Shown in pieces: positions 43,090-59,125 of a stretch of DNA of 64,000 bases. Source of the DNA: the human T2T-CHM13v2.0 reference genome, Homo sapiens; the NCBI RefSeq assembly GCF_009914755.1, contig NC_060926.1; one strand, 5' to 3'. Positions within the stretch are counted from its first letter, which is position 1; every line of letters begins with the position of its first letter. The notes under the pieces are model-generated. The model was not told the DNA's origin. It searched no databases and was given only the letters and a program-made list of their open reading frames with translations. Position numbers and translations under genes: made by a program.

Positions 43090-45900
43090 TTTTTTTTTTT
43101 TCACTTGAAAGGAAAGAGTATCTGCCATTGAAGATTGGATGTCTTGTTGGTGATATTGTTGTTCTTATCTTCCACATGATTACTGAGTTTGTGCCTAGTC
43201 TTTCCATTACTAAGACGAAAGTGTTGAAGTCTGCAAATATAATTTTGGATTTTTCTAGTTCACCTTTGATTTCTTTCATGTTTTACCTCACGTATTTGGA
43301 GGCTCTGTTGTTAGCTGCATACCCTAATTAGTAGGATGTTTACATCTTCTTGAGAATTGATTATTCTATTATCTCTCATCTCTGATACTATTTCTTGTTC
43401 CGAACTCTGTTGTGTCTAATATCAATGTAGTCCTTCCACAGCCTTATTTTAGTGTTTCCATGATATGGCTTTCTCCATATCTTGATGATAACCTATTTAT
43501 ATCTCTATATATTTGGAGCAAGATATAAAATTTAGACTTGATTTTTTAAAGATTTTTCAAAGATGTTTCAAGATGGAATTCTTATTTCTTTTTGTTCTAT
43601 TTGACATTCTCTGAGTTTTCTATATCTGAAGTTTGATTTTCTGTCACTTCTTTTAGAATATTTTTGGCAGTTATTTTGAAAAATATTTCTTTTGCTCCAC
43701 TATTTTTCCCTGTTTTCTTTTTGGGATTTCAATCATAACTAGAGTAGGTAATTTCATCTCTGTCTTATGCAGGTACTTTTTCTCAGGGTCTCAGGAATGT
43801 AGCCTTCTCACACTTCTGTTCTTTTCCTGGCTGTGTTGGTGAGCTCAGTGATATTCCTCCTTCACCTTCAAGAGCAGTTTTGTTTTGTTTTTCCTGTTTT
43901 CATACTCCCAATCATCAGGAGTATTCTAAGTGTGGCAGTTTTTGTTGCCTTCCCCTACATATTAAGTGGAATATCTTGGTCTATTTGGACTCTTATAACA
44001 AAATAACATAAACTGGGTGACTAAAAAACAACAGATATTTCTTTTTTCACACTTCTTGAGGCTGTAAGATCTCAGGTCAAGATGCTCCCAAATTCAGTGT
44101 TGATGAGAGCCCATTTCATGGTTCATAGATGGTGCCTTCTTTCTATGTCCTCACACAGTGGAAGGCACACAAGAACTCCATTGAGCTTCTTTTATAAAGG
44201 CACTAATCCGATTCATAAGAGCTCAGCCCCCAAGACCTGGTCACCTCCCAAGTGTTCTGCTCTCCCTGATCTGTATCATATACAGACTCTCTTGGATTCC
44301 TTACCAATTGCTTGAGAGATCATAGTGGGTTTGTGGAGAAAAAGTTTTCAAGATGATGGATCTTTCCCAACTTTTGCAGCTGTCAGCGGTCTCCCAATCT
44401 GACCAGCCCCACTTTGTCTTTAGGAATTTATTGATTATTCCAGCTTTACTTGTCATAGTGGTGTCTATTTGCATCTGTCCTATGTAAGTGCATCTGTCCT
44501 CTTTCTCCTTGCAGGTGCTTGTTTTCCCTCACATTTTGACTCAGTTCTTGGCAACCTCGTTGCTATAAAAATAAAGTCATGACTTTGAAGTTAGTTTGGT
44601 TCTTTCATTGTTGTCAGGTTAGGAACCCTATTCCATCCCAGATCTCCAAAACCCAGACTTTTTGGGGGGTTGAAATTTTAGGCTTTCTCTTTGAATTGTA
44701 GTTTTATCTTCTTTCAGTTACCATTTGCATTTCCATAATGATTAATGAGACTAAGCTTTTTTTGTGTAGTTGACTGTACCTTTGGATTTTTTTCCCAAAT
44801 ACCTTTTTATTTCTTCTTTTCTTTATGGTTTTAGAAAATGTAGTTTACATAATTGCAGCTTGATTTTATACTCAGTTAATGGCATGCTTAATGGAGAGAA
44901 AAAATATTATTTTCCTTTTTAATTACTGTGCTTTTTTTCTTTTTTAAGGAAATGTTTCATTATGTTAAATTTCAGTGTTATTCTACTTAGCTATTCCTTA
45001 AATATTATAGTATTTCGGATTTCACATGTAAATTTGTAACATATCTTGAGTTTATTATGTATAGAGTAAGGCTATTTTCTCTTTTTTTAAGGTAAAAATC
45101 ACATAATAGAAAATTAATAACAACCATTTTAAAGCATACAATGCACTTGCTTTTAGTATATTCACAATGTTCCAGGGCAATTTCATCATGTCCCTTCCAA
45201 AATCCCATTATGCATAAAGTGGTTACACCCTATTCTGCTTCCCTGAGCCCTAATGACCACTAATCTAATTTACATCCCAATTGATTTGCCAATTCCTGAT
45301 GTTTCATGTGAATAAAATCAAGCAATATTTGTCCTTTTGTGCACTTAACATAATGCTTTCAAATTTCACCAATATTATACCATATATAAGTACTTCATTC
45401 TTTGTTATAGCTGAAAATTTGGTGTCCAGTTATGAGTCAACAAGCATATGGATTGTTTCCACTTTTTGACTGTATGAATATTACTGCTGTAAATATTCAT
45501 GCACATGTTTATTTTTTGAGCACCTATGTTTTGTAAGATTAACAGCTGACTTAAGAGAAACAATGGAAAGCAAGAGGCAGTAGAATAATATATTCAAAAG
45601 ATGCAAAGGAAAAAAAACTCTCAGCCACGAATTCCTTATCCAGCAATTATTTTTCAAAAATGAAGATAACACAAAGACTTACCCAGATAAACAGAAATAT
45701 TAGCTGAAGTTGTTGCTGGCAGACCTACCACATTAAAAAAAAAAAAACTCTAAAATAAATTCCTAAGGCTAAAAGCAAGTTACAGAAGACAGTCACTTGA
45801 ATCCACATTTTTAAAAAAGCACTGGTATAGGTAATATTGACATTATAAAAGACAGTAAAAATGCATTTTTTCTCTTTATCATAAATTGTTTATTAAATAA
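43090..45900. mobile_element. Old L1M fragments in both orientations with an MLT1A-like LTR (about 43975-44250)
   Basis: Decayed L1 ORF-like sequence and MLT1 motifs (ataacaaaataacataaactgggtgact). Confidence 0.55.
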
Positions 45901-45912
45901 CATGTGTATAAT

Positions 45913-49010
<3,098 letters not shown>

Positions 49011-49029
49011 ATGTTGTTGAAAACTTTAG

Positions 49030-49190
49030 CATTCTTTCTTTTCACCTTTCTTTCTTCCTCCCTCTCCCTCCTCCTCCTTTTTACTTTTCTTCCTCTTCCC
49101 TTCTCTTCTTCTTTCTCTCCTTCATTATCCCTTTCGCTCTGTTTCTCTTTCTCCCTTTCTCTTTTTTCTTTTCTTTCAATTTTCTCCATT
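49030..49190 (+). repeat. CT-rich polypyrimidine tract
   Basis: About 160 bp almost entirely of C and T. Confidence 0.85.
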
Positions 49191-52100
49191 ACTAAGAGAT
49201 GTTTGCATACCCTTACCATGTGAGTTGATATGGTTATTTCTCCCTTTAATCCTCTTTTGAGATTTATAGTCTCTCTAAGTAAAGAGATAACCCAAACATA
49301 AGCCTCACAAACAGGCTTCCATACCATTCTTAATTTGGTCCTGTAATTCTTCATTGCTGTATTAACTTTCTGATGCTTTTAAGGATGTTTTACAACAAAT
49401 TGTTTAGTTTTTTTCCACTGGAATGCTTATTCTCAATTATCTAATTCATATTGTAAGTATAGAGGGAGCTTAATATAAAATTATTAAACTAATATTTGTG
49501 AAAGAACGTATTTGTGCATTTAACAAATATGTTAATCCTCAGACTGTTATTGCGCAGCTGAGCATACAGGAATAAAAATAACATAATTTTTATGTGTACA
49601 ATATTTATGGAATTCGTTACTGGAACAAATAAATAATTTAGTTAATAACATGACAAAGAACAGAAATTGTATACACTATAGAGCATAGTAATGGAATAAT
49701 GAATGATTAAAGTTATTAATATTAGGTAGAAAATGAAGGGTGTCTTTGAGAGCAGAACTCAAGGAAGCAAGCAATTCGCCTTATGAGGAAAGAGTTACCT
49801 GTGGATAAAGGAGAAACTGAAAAATTTACAAGTCAAGACTTTTTGAGCAAAAATAAAAATATGATTTTTAGTCACCAATTCAGTACAGTGAAAAAAAAGT
49901 TGAAGAGATATCTTGGAAGTAAACCATGTTGTGGAAGAGCATGTAGGGTTTTGATAATCAGGGGATTATTCTGAATTAATTTTAAATGCGATAGGAATAT
50001 ATGAGATAATTTAACCAGAGAATAACATGATTGTGTTTGCATTTCAAAGGGGTGTATCTGGTGCACCGTGTAGAATAAATAGGTTTTGTGAGCAAATAAA
50101 TTGGGAGGCTACTCTAATCCAGAGAAAAAAGGTAGTGACTTAGGTGAGAATGCTGTCAGGATGAGTGGTAGTAGTGGTGAGAAGTCGTTAGGCCATGGAT
50201 GTATTTCATAGGACTGGCCAAGAGAACTGCAGCTAAATTGGAGTGTAGGGAGTGAAATGGAGAACTCAAAGACGACTCTCAGCACTGGAAAGTGACAGCT
50301 GTCACTGAAGCATGCTGATGCCTCTTATTAAGAGAGTTACTTGGGAGTGGCAAGATCAAAACTTCTCACTTTCAAATTTATGAAAAATATTGTTTTCAGA
50401 ACGAATGACTTTGGGATCAGAAAGCCATCATTCTAACTGATGGTTCCAAGACTACACGGGCTCACACTCCCAAGAACAGAAGTAAATCATCACAAAGGTG
50501 CTTCCTGATAATTCTAGAGAATGGAGAATTACTGTGACATCTTTCTGATTTTAGGAGAGGTAGCAGTTCCCTGTTTAGCCTAAACGCTATTTTTTTTTAA
50601 AGCTCAGCCAAGAGACTCCATTATAATTTTCAAATGTGTGTAACTTAAATTCTCATATGAAATACCACTATGCTTAAATTAGTCAAAACATTTTCCCCAT
50701 CTACAACTCTATCTTGTCATTGCGATCATTTTCACAAAAGTGACTGCGGCTCACAGACCCTAAAAGGAGAAAATCCAGGGTAGGTTATCTGATCTAGTTA
50801 GTTTCGAAGACAGGATCTAGAGATTATTTAATATGAAATAGGTCACCTGAAATGAAGTGTTTACTGAAAACAGCTTGGATCAGCCCAGTTTTCTACCACT
50901 GAACCATGCATTTGGTTTAAAAAACACAACAACTCTGGGGAATATCGGCTGCTTCCAACTGTGTTGAAGGTGTTAAAGAAAAGAGCATAAAAGTAAAAAT
51001 GATCATCTGAGGCCTTTATAGTCTCTGCTCAAGAGACTAGAGTCTTCCATTCTTAACGAAACACCCAAATATCTTAATAATTGGGCAAAATCTAAATATC
51101 AGAGAGATAATTTTATCTTGAAGATTGTTAAATTATAATGGTGATTCACTACCTTGCCACGTCTCTGAGTCAAAAATTAGGTCTTTGTTTAGGAATCAAT
51201 GGTACTCTGCAACTTGGAAATAGGAAGATTTTAGAAGACTCAAACACTGACTTTCTTGTGTGCAAAAAAAAAGACATATTGAGATAAGACAAGTCTTTCC
51301 TTGCAAGGATACCTCTAATGCCCATACACCACCTCCCCTAACGTTAATATAGCTTCCAGGTCAGTAACCAGTGTCAGAGAGCAGCCCATGCAACTACAAA
51401 TTCAATAGATGTCGAACACAGGGTCAAGCCTAGAATAAGAAGTCTTAGCTAATTAAGTATGCTTTTTTCCCCAAATTCATATTAACGAAAACTTGGATAT
51501 GTCAGAGAATGCATTCTAAGTTCACTCAACCTAGGAGGGAGAAACATAATTTTAAATTAAGAGCTGAAGCATTCTTGTCCTAACAAAAAGCAAGGAAAAC
51601 GAAATATCACACCACAGGAGGGATTTCACAAATTAGTGTCAACATCAAAACCTTAAAATAGGCAAGGAGAATGCAGATTCACAATGAACTCTTGTACTTG
51701 TTTTGTTCAGAGAAGAGATGGTTCTGAGAGAATGACAGTGAACTAACCCCAGCTGGTTTAGTTGGTGCTTTCAACTGCTGCTTCTGATCAACTCCTTTAG
51801 CTAGAATAAATTGATGAGGATTTTGGCATGTGGTATTAGAGATGGTTATTAATTTTTTCCTCTTATTTGCATTGTTCAATGTAGTAAATACTAGCTGTAT
51901 ATGGCTACTTCAATTCAAATTAATTACAATGAAATATACTTAAATATTGAATTTTTTAGTCACTGTTGGTTCATTATTGAATACCTTCAGCTAAGATTTC
52001 CCATCTAAATACACTAAGAGGTGGCTTAGTTAACTGGTCGTCCACAAATATTGAGGCTGATGTTAACTCCTGATATATTCTCTGCAAATAGAATATTCAT

Positions 52101-52699
52101 GAGCCTCCTCCTGAAATCAGCAGCCTAGAGATAGTTTTATAAATTGGATACAAGTTGGAAATCTATATACTCTTTCAGTTTTTGAAATATTAGCTTCCCA
52201 GGGAAGAAAATCAAATTCATAAGATATGTTAGGACAATTTAACTCAAGATGTTCAAAACTGAAATGACGTATTCTACAATATATGATAAAACCACCCCCT
52301 AACAACTTAAAGCAAAACAGGGATTGACCTTAAAGACCTGCCTTTTCCTCATCCCCCAGCCAATCAGTTTTCAAATCTTGCATTTTATTTCGAAAGGTCC
52401 TTATCCCCCTAGTCTCTTGTTTCTAGACTCGGCACATATTTAAGTTTGTTACCTCTATCTACTGACTTTTTTCTCTTCAAACGGTATCTATGCCTGCCAA
52501 ATGTGAATATACAAAAAACAAATCAGAATGTGCCATTCTGATTTAAACTGCTTATTAGTTAAAACCCTCAAGATAACATCTGGGTTCTTGGCTGCAATGA
52601 GTCAAGCCTACTTACATCTTTTTTTGTCTTTGGCTGCACATTTCCTATCACATCACACTCCAGCAAAGCCAACCTGTGCCGGCCTTCTACCCCATCTCC

Positions 52700-53582
52700 A
52701 CTATTTTGCCCCGCGTCGCCGCGGCTTTTTGCCCCCCCCCCCCCCGCCGCTGCGGCTTTTTGCCCCCCGCCGCGGCGGCTTTTTGACCCTCATCGCCGCG
52801 GCTTTTTGCCCCCCGCCGCCGCGGCTTTTTGACCCTCATCGCCGCAGCTTTTTGCTCTCCGCCGCCGCGGCTTTTTTGCCTCCCCCACCACCGCGGCTTT
52901 TTGCGCGCCTTGGCTTTTTGCACCTCCGCCGCCGCGGCTTTTTCCCCACCGCGGTTTTTTGCCCCCCCCGCCGCCTCGGGTTTATGCCTACCACGGCTTT
53001 TAGTTCCCTGCCGCCGCGGCTTTTTGCCCGACCCGGCTTTTTGCCCCCCCGCCACCGCAGCTTTTTGCCCGCCGCGGCTTTTTGCACCCCCACCACCGCA
53101 GCTTTTTGCCGCCCGCCGCCGCGGCTTATTGCCCCCCATCGCCGCGGCTTTTTGACCCCCGCCGCCGCGGCTTTTTGCCTTCCGCGGCTTTTTGCCCCCG
53201 CGGCTTTTTGCTCCCCGCCGCCGCGGCTTTTTGCTCCCCCGCCCCCGCGGCTTTTTGCCGCCCGCCGCCGCGTCTTTTTGCCCGCCCCGGCTTTTTGCCC
53301 CCACGCCGTCGCGGCTTTTTGGCGCCCCCGGTGCCGCGGTTATTTGCCCGCCGCGGCTTTTTGTCCCCCGCCGCCGCGGCTTTTTGCCGGCCGCGGCTTT
53401 TTGCCTGACCCGGCTTTTTGCCCCCCGCGTCTTTTTCACCCCCGCCGACGTGGCTTTTTGCCGCCGCGGCTTTTTGCTGGACCCGGCTTTTTGCCCCCCC
53501 ACCGCCGCGGCTTCTTGCCCCCCGCCGCCGCGGCTTTTTGCCCCCCCGCCGCCGCGGCTTTCTGCCCGCCGCGGCTTTTTAC

Positions 53583-53622
<40 letters not shown>

Positions 53623-54142
53623 GGCTTTTTGCTTGACCCGGCTTTTTGCCCCCTGACCGCCGCAGCTTTTTCACCCCCGCCGCCGCGACTTTTTGTCGCC
53701 GCGGCTTTTTGCCCCCCACCACCGCCGCGGCTTTTTCACCACCGCCGCCGCGACTTTTTGTCGCCGCGGCTTTTTTGCCGCCCCCTCCCCCGCACCGCGC
53801 CCGGTGCCGCGATTATTTGCCCGCCGCGGCTTTTTGCTCCCCGCCGCCGCGGCTTTTTGTCCCCCCGCTCCCACCATCGCGGTTTTTTGCGCACCTCGGC
53901 TTTTTGCCCCCCGCCGCCTCGGCTTTTTGCCCCCCTGCCGCCGCGGGTTTTTGCCGGCCTCGGCTTTTTGCTCCCCCGCGGCTTTTTGCTCCCGCGCTAC
54001 CGCGGCTTTTTGCCCGCAGCGGCTTTTTGCGCTCTCCACCCCCCCCCCCCCGCCCACCGTGCCGCGGTTATTTACCGGCGGCGGCTCTTTGCACCCCCGC
54101 CGCCGCGGCTTTTTGTCCCCCGCCGCCGTGGCTTTTTGCCCC
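52700..54142. repeat. CpG-rich pericentromeric tandem repeat, (GCCGCGGCTTTTTGCCCCC)n, i.e. GGGCAAAAAGCCG-type on the minus strand
   Basis: Dozens of variable-length units built from GCCGCGGC + T5 + C-run. The plus strand has very few A. Confidence 0.95.
53583..53621 (+). repeat. Pure (CCG)13 trinucleotide run
   Basis: Counted directly: 39 bp, uninterrupted. Confidence 0.95.
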
Positions 54143-55739
54143 ATGGCCATCCTCAGAAGCGTGAGTGGAACAGAGTGAAGGGAAAGCTGTTTTCTTCGAA
54201 AACTCAAAAATCTTGAACTTTCAAATAGGGATAAGTGTTATTTTTGCTCCAAGCACACATTTGAGAAATCTTCCATTTAGCGGATATGATGATAAACCCA
54301 CATTTTTTGTTTGTTTTAATCTGAAAATGTATTTGTATGGTTCTTGGAAATATTTTTTTGCATATAAAATTATAGTTTATCCTCTTATTTCAAGTTTTAT
54401 TTACCATTTGATAGTTACTCCTAAAATGTTATTGATTAAAGAAAGAATCATCTATTGCTCCAACTGCTCTTTACTAAAGGTAATTTGTCTTTTTAACCTC
54501 ATCAGGCTCCTTTTAAGCTCTCAAACTGACCTTATTTTTTTTTACAGATTGAATGCATTAAGTCAATTTATTATTTATGATGAATTTATTTATGTATTTA
54601 TTTTTGCTATCACAAGTAGAAAAAGCCTATAAGTTGCCATGCCAAAAACCTGCCTCTAGATGGCAAACAAACCCCGCAATACACAAAAGAGAGCCAAATT
54701 CTTAGAAACCCTGGGAAAGGAAGAGGGCTACTGTCCCATTAACAACTTGGAGCCCTTAAGGCAAGAATGAGGTGGAACATCTGGGAGGAGACACCAGGGT
54801 GCGGAGTAGTGGGGAACCTGCTCTGTGCTCTGAGACTGAAAGCCCAGCCTTGCCTCTCACCACTGCCTTGACTGTGTCCCCATCTGCTGTGAAGTGAATG
54901 GTGTCTTCTAAATTCATGCTGAGCCCTAATTGCTGAAAAGTGTAAGACATGCAATGGGATTATGTGCATCTTCCCGACACCAACATGATGCTCAGGAAGG
55001 AGACTTCTTGCTTTCTCTTAGGATTCTTTTACTAACCAAGATTTTGCCTCTACTGCATATTTCCCTTTGCTGATTGTCCCTCCCTTTTGACAGAAGATGG
55101 CCCAGGGCATTCACTACTAAGTCTCAACCTCTTACCCAAAGCCCTCAGTCTAGTGTTGCTCTTTCCTTCATGCTATTTTTGTTTCTTTCTTTTCTTGTAA
55201 TCATCTTGGCAATAAAATAATCACTTTTTTCTTTCTACCTATTAAAGATGTTACCTTAGTTAATTACAGTGGTTTCCTTCAGAATGGTAAATGGTCTTTC
55301 AAAATGATGTAAAGAGATCTAAATCCGTGTGCTCCAGAAGTTGAATGAAGCTCTGTCTACCACGGGTGCCAGTGACTCTCCCAGAGTGCTCCATGCAGCT
55401 GGACCCACAGAGTCCCTCTGTGCTGTCATATCACCCACTGCCTTCTGTGAATGAGATATTCTGATTGGAATCCTGGTGGATGCTATTTGAGCCAGTGCCC
55501 CCACAACTCCTATGAAAGCCGAGGACCACAGGCCCCTGAAGACAATCACAGGTCTCTAGACTCACAGCTCCTGACCGTCCTCTGCAGACACAGCTTCTCC
55601 CCGGATGGCTGAGGGTTGTCATTGGCTGTGTCCTTCCTTGTGCATGACAACAGGAGACATAGAAGGTCTGTAAGCAGCCCTGCAAGCCAGGTTCTGAGCA
55701 AGCCCTCCTGTGTGGGGCCCTCTTACCTGGACATAGGTG

Positions 55740-56588
55740 TGTAAACCAAAAATGAAACTCTAAGCTCCCTAACCAACTGAATGAACTCCTCCTCTCAGCC
55801 AAGGACACACCAAAATCAACCTGAAATACAATGCAGTCCATAATCGGAACGGATGATTGGATATGCCTTAACTTACCCTCTTCCCTTTAAAATTCAGGCA
55901 CAACTGACCAGCTTTTAATATGAAGACAGAGACCTTGAGACTGACAAAGAAAACTCTTTATAGCAATAAGTTACCAATGTGGCAGATACCACGTCCTAAG
56001 AGAAATCAAAGTATTTTCCCCAAGATATTGTTATTTAATGTATTTAAAAATGCCTCTGCAAAGCTGGTTCTTGTGGGAAAAGTCTACATTCTGTAGAGAT
56101 TCCTTTTTAAGTCTCTTTCCTGACCCAGAGAGATTTAACTAAGAGTTTGGCACCTTTTAAGTCTACTAAGAAACAATTACAATCTATTCTCTCTGAAGCC
56201 TGCTACCTGGAGGCTTCATCTGCATGATGCAACCTTGGCTCCAAAACCCTTTTTCTAAACCCAGAAACTCCCTTGTGTTGATTACAGGTCATTAGATAAA
56301 CTCTTTCAACCACCTATGAAATCTTTGAATCCACCTATGACCTGGAAGTCCCCAACATCCCCCCTCCTTCGGGCTGTCCTACCTTTCCATATCAAAACAA
56401 TGTGCAGCTTACACGTATTGATTGATATCTTATGTCTGCCTAAAACGTGTAAAACCAACCTGTAGCCCGACGACCTTTGACACACGTTCTCAAGACCTCC
56501 TGAGGCTGTTTCACTGATATTTCTTTAACTTTGACCAAATAAATTTCTAAACTGATTGAGACTTTTCTCAGATACTTATTTGTTTATA
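55740..56588 (+). mobile_element. MER4-family ERV1 solo LTR
   Basis: Starts tgtaaaccaaaaatgaaactctaagctccctaaccaactgaatg and ends aataaatttctaaactgattgagact...tttata. Confidence 0.85.
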
Positions 56589-56663
56589 GGTATCACTGGA
56601 TACACTTAAGGAATTGAAGAGATTTATGACATTGAGAAAAGGAGGAAGCCAGGGTGTGTGGAC

Positions 56664-56666
<3 letters not shown>

Positions 56667-56716
<50 letters not shown>
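56667..56716 (+). repeat. (GA)25 microsatellite
   Basis: Read directly from the sequence. Confidence 0.95.
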
Positions 56717-56717
<1 letters not shown>

Positions 56718-56720
<3 letters not shown>

Positions 56721-57224
56721 GATGTATGTACAGGACTAACACTGAGACCTGGTTATGTAATGGTGTAGTACTGAGTATCATCCCCAAATAGTGAGGTTTC
56801 ATTCCAAGAAGACTATGCATGTATCTCATTTGGGAAAACAGCTTTTGCAGGTGTAAATTAAGGAGCTTGAAACAGGGAGATGGTCTTAGATTAATCAACT
56901 GGGACTTAAATGCAAACTCAAGTGTCCTAAAAAAAACAAGAGGTAGAGAGAGATTTAGCATAGACTGAAGTGGAGAAGGCAGTGTGAACACAGAGACAGA
57001 GATTGCAGTGATGTGTCCACATCCCGGGAGAGAGAAGCCACCAGAAGCTGGAAGAGCTAAATCAGACTGCTCCCTAGAGCTTCAGAAGGAGCCAGAACTG
57101 ATGACTCCAAGATCTTAGCCCAGTGAAACTGATCTGGACTTCTGAACTATGAGAGATTCCATTCCTGTTGTTTGAAGCTACCACATTTTTGAGAACTTAT
57201 TACAGTAGCCCGAGGACACTAACA
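56718..57224 (+). mobile_element. MLT1 LTR
   Basis: agaagccaccagaagctggaagag...ttgtttgaagctaccaca...ggacactaacaca. Confidence 0.75.
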
Positions 57225-58015
57225 CAAATGGGGCTCCGGGAAAATCCAGACTAAAGTTGTTGTGTTGGTTTGCAATCTCCTTGCTTAACTTTCTGATACT
57301 AGATGTAAATAGATTGTTGAAAAATTTTGTGATTGAAGAAATGTACATGAAACCTACAGTGTACAGAGAAGCATCTGTTAGTTATAAGATAAATATTGAT
57401 AATTTTAGTTGAAAATGACATATGACTGTTAATATCTCACATAACATTCTGAGTTACTCAAGGATGCATAAAAGGGGCACTAGATACTCTTCTCATGTAT
57501 GTGTGTGTGTCTGTCTATACATGTATGTACACTTCATGGTGCATCAGCTGGCGGAACCCTCAGGACACCCCTTCACATCCTCAGTGCCCCATTTCACACA
57601 TGAGGAAACTGTTCATGACAGCACATGGCTGATTTGCATAAAAGTCACTTGGTCAGCAGTTGTTGAAGCTGAACTTGGAATCTAGGTCTGTCTGACCTTA
57701 ACTATGTTCCTTCCACAGAGCCACGTTCATTCCATAGAGGAACCCACCACCTATAAAACCAGGAAAGAGACAAAGCCAGAAGTGCAGGGTGGATTTCTTA
57801 ACACAAGCTCACTGCAACCTCTAGTCCTCATCACGCTGACACTAAGCTTAAACCCAGACCCTTCTACAGTTTTGTCTACAAAGCACAATTTGCCCAAAGC
57901 CTTTACAAACACCAACAGCCTTTCTTTCAGATATGGCAGCAGGGTCACATCTTACACGGCCCTGACCACATTTTGTCTCCTCTGCCATCCCCATCTCTCT
58001 GACTCAGTCCTCGCT

Positions 58016-58363
58016 TGCAGCCATAAAAAAGGATGAGTTCATGTCCTTTGTAGGGACATGGATGAAGCTGGAAACCATCATTCTCAGCAAACTATCGCAA
58101 GGACAAAGAAACCAATCACTGCATGTTCTCACTCACAGGTGGGAATTGAACAATGAGAACACATGGACACAGGAAGGGGAACATCACACACCAGGGCCTG
58201 TCGTGGGGTGGGGGGAGGGATAGCATTAGGAGGTACACCTAATGTAAATGACGAGTTAATGGGTGCAGCACACCAACATGGCACATGTATACATATGTAA
58301 CAAACCTGCACGTTGTGCACATGTACCCTAGAACTTAAAGAACAATAATAATAATAATAAAAA
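58016..58363 (+). mobile_element. L1PA (about PA4-5) 3' end
   Basis: ORF2 C-terminus MSFVGTWMKLETIILSKL, 3'UTR and (ATA)n tail. Confidence 0.92.
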
Positions 58364-58666
58364 GAATAGGTCTTGTACATCTAATTTGCCCTACAAATGT
58401 TAAAACAGCAAACCCGCATCCCCTTCCTCTTCTCATGTGCTGTGAGGGATGACCTCCAGGCTCTCAGATACCAAGACTGTACAAGACCTAACCCAGAGAA
58501 TTACTCAAGACACTTTCTACGTAAGAAGAATTGTGGTGCTAGCTCCCCTCATAGAAAAATGTTTTCTGTCTCTTGTTGAAATTGACAGCAAACACAAAAA
58601 CACAGAACTATTTGGGAGAACAGAGGACAGTGATACACTAGGGAAGTAAAACACACCCCTTCCCCT

Positions 58667-59125
58667 TGCATTGGTTTCCTGTTGCTGCTGTAACAAATTA
58701 CCACAACCTTACTGCTCCACATAACACAAGTGTATTATCTTACATTTCTGGAGGTCAGAAGTCTCAATGAAGTAAAATCAAGGAGTAATAGGGCTCTATT
58801 CATTCTAGGCTTCAAGAGGGAAAATCCAATATCGAGCATTCCATCTTTCTGATGTTCCCACATTCCTAGCAGCATGGCCCCTTCCTCCATCACTCCAGTT
58901 TCCCTGTCCGTTGTCCCAGGTCCTCTCTGGCTGTTACCTTCCTCCTTCCCTATTATAAGGACCCTTGTGATTATGATGGTCCCACCCAGATAATTCAGGA
59001 TACTCTCCTGACCCCAAAATTCTCAACCACGTCTGCCAAGTTATTTTTGACTTGTTCATAAGTAATGATCATAGATTCCAGATATTAGAACAATGATGTC
59101 TTTAGTGGGTGTATTATTCATTCCA
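58667..59125 (-). mobile_element. MLT1C-like LTR
   Basis: gctgctgtaacaaattaccacaacctt...tattataaggacccttgtgatta. Confidence 0.8.

Noticed and set aside
52700-54142. CRISPR-like array or tandem intrinsic terminators (GC palindrome plus T-run)
   Set aside because: The context is primate DNA, the inter-repeat segments are short C-rich variants rather than unique spacers, and there are no cas genes.
52528-54216. 562-aa ATG-initiated Pro/Arg/Ala-rich ORF and overlapping long ORFs on both strands
   Set aside because: An artefact of the A-poor tandem repeat, where stop codons are nearly impossible. Indels cycle each frame through the same three peptides (PPPRLFA/RRRGFL/AAAAFC), so there is no frame constraint.
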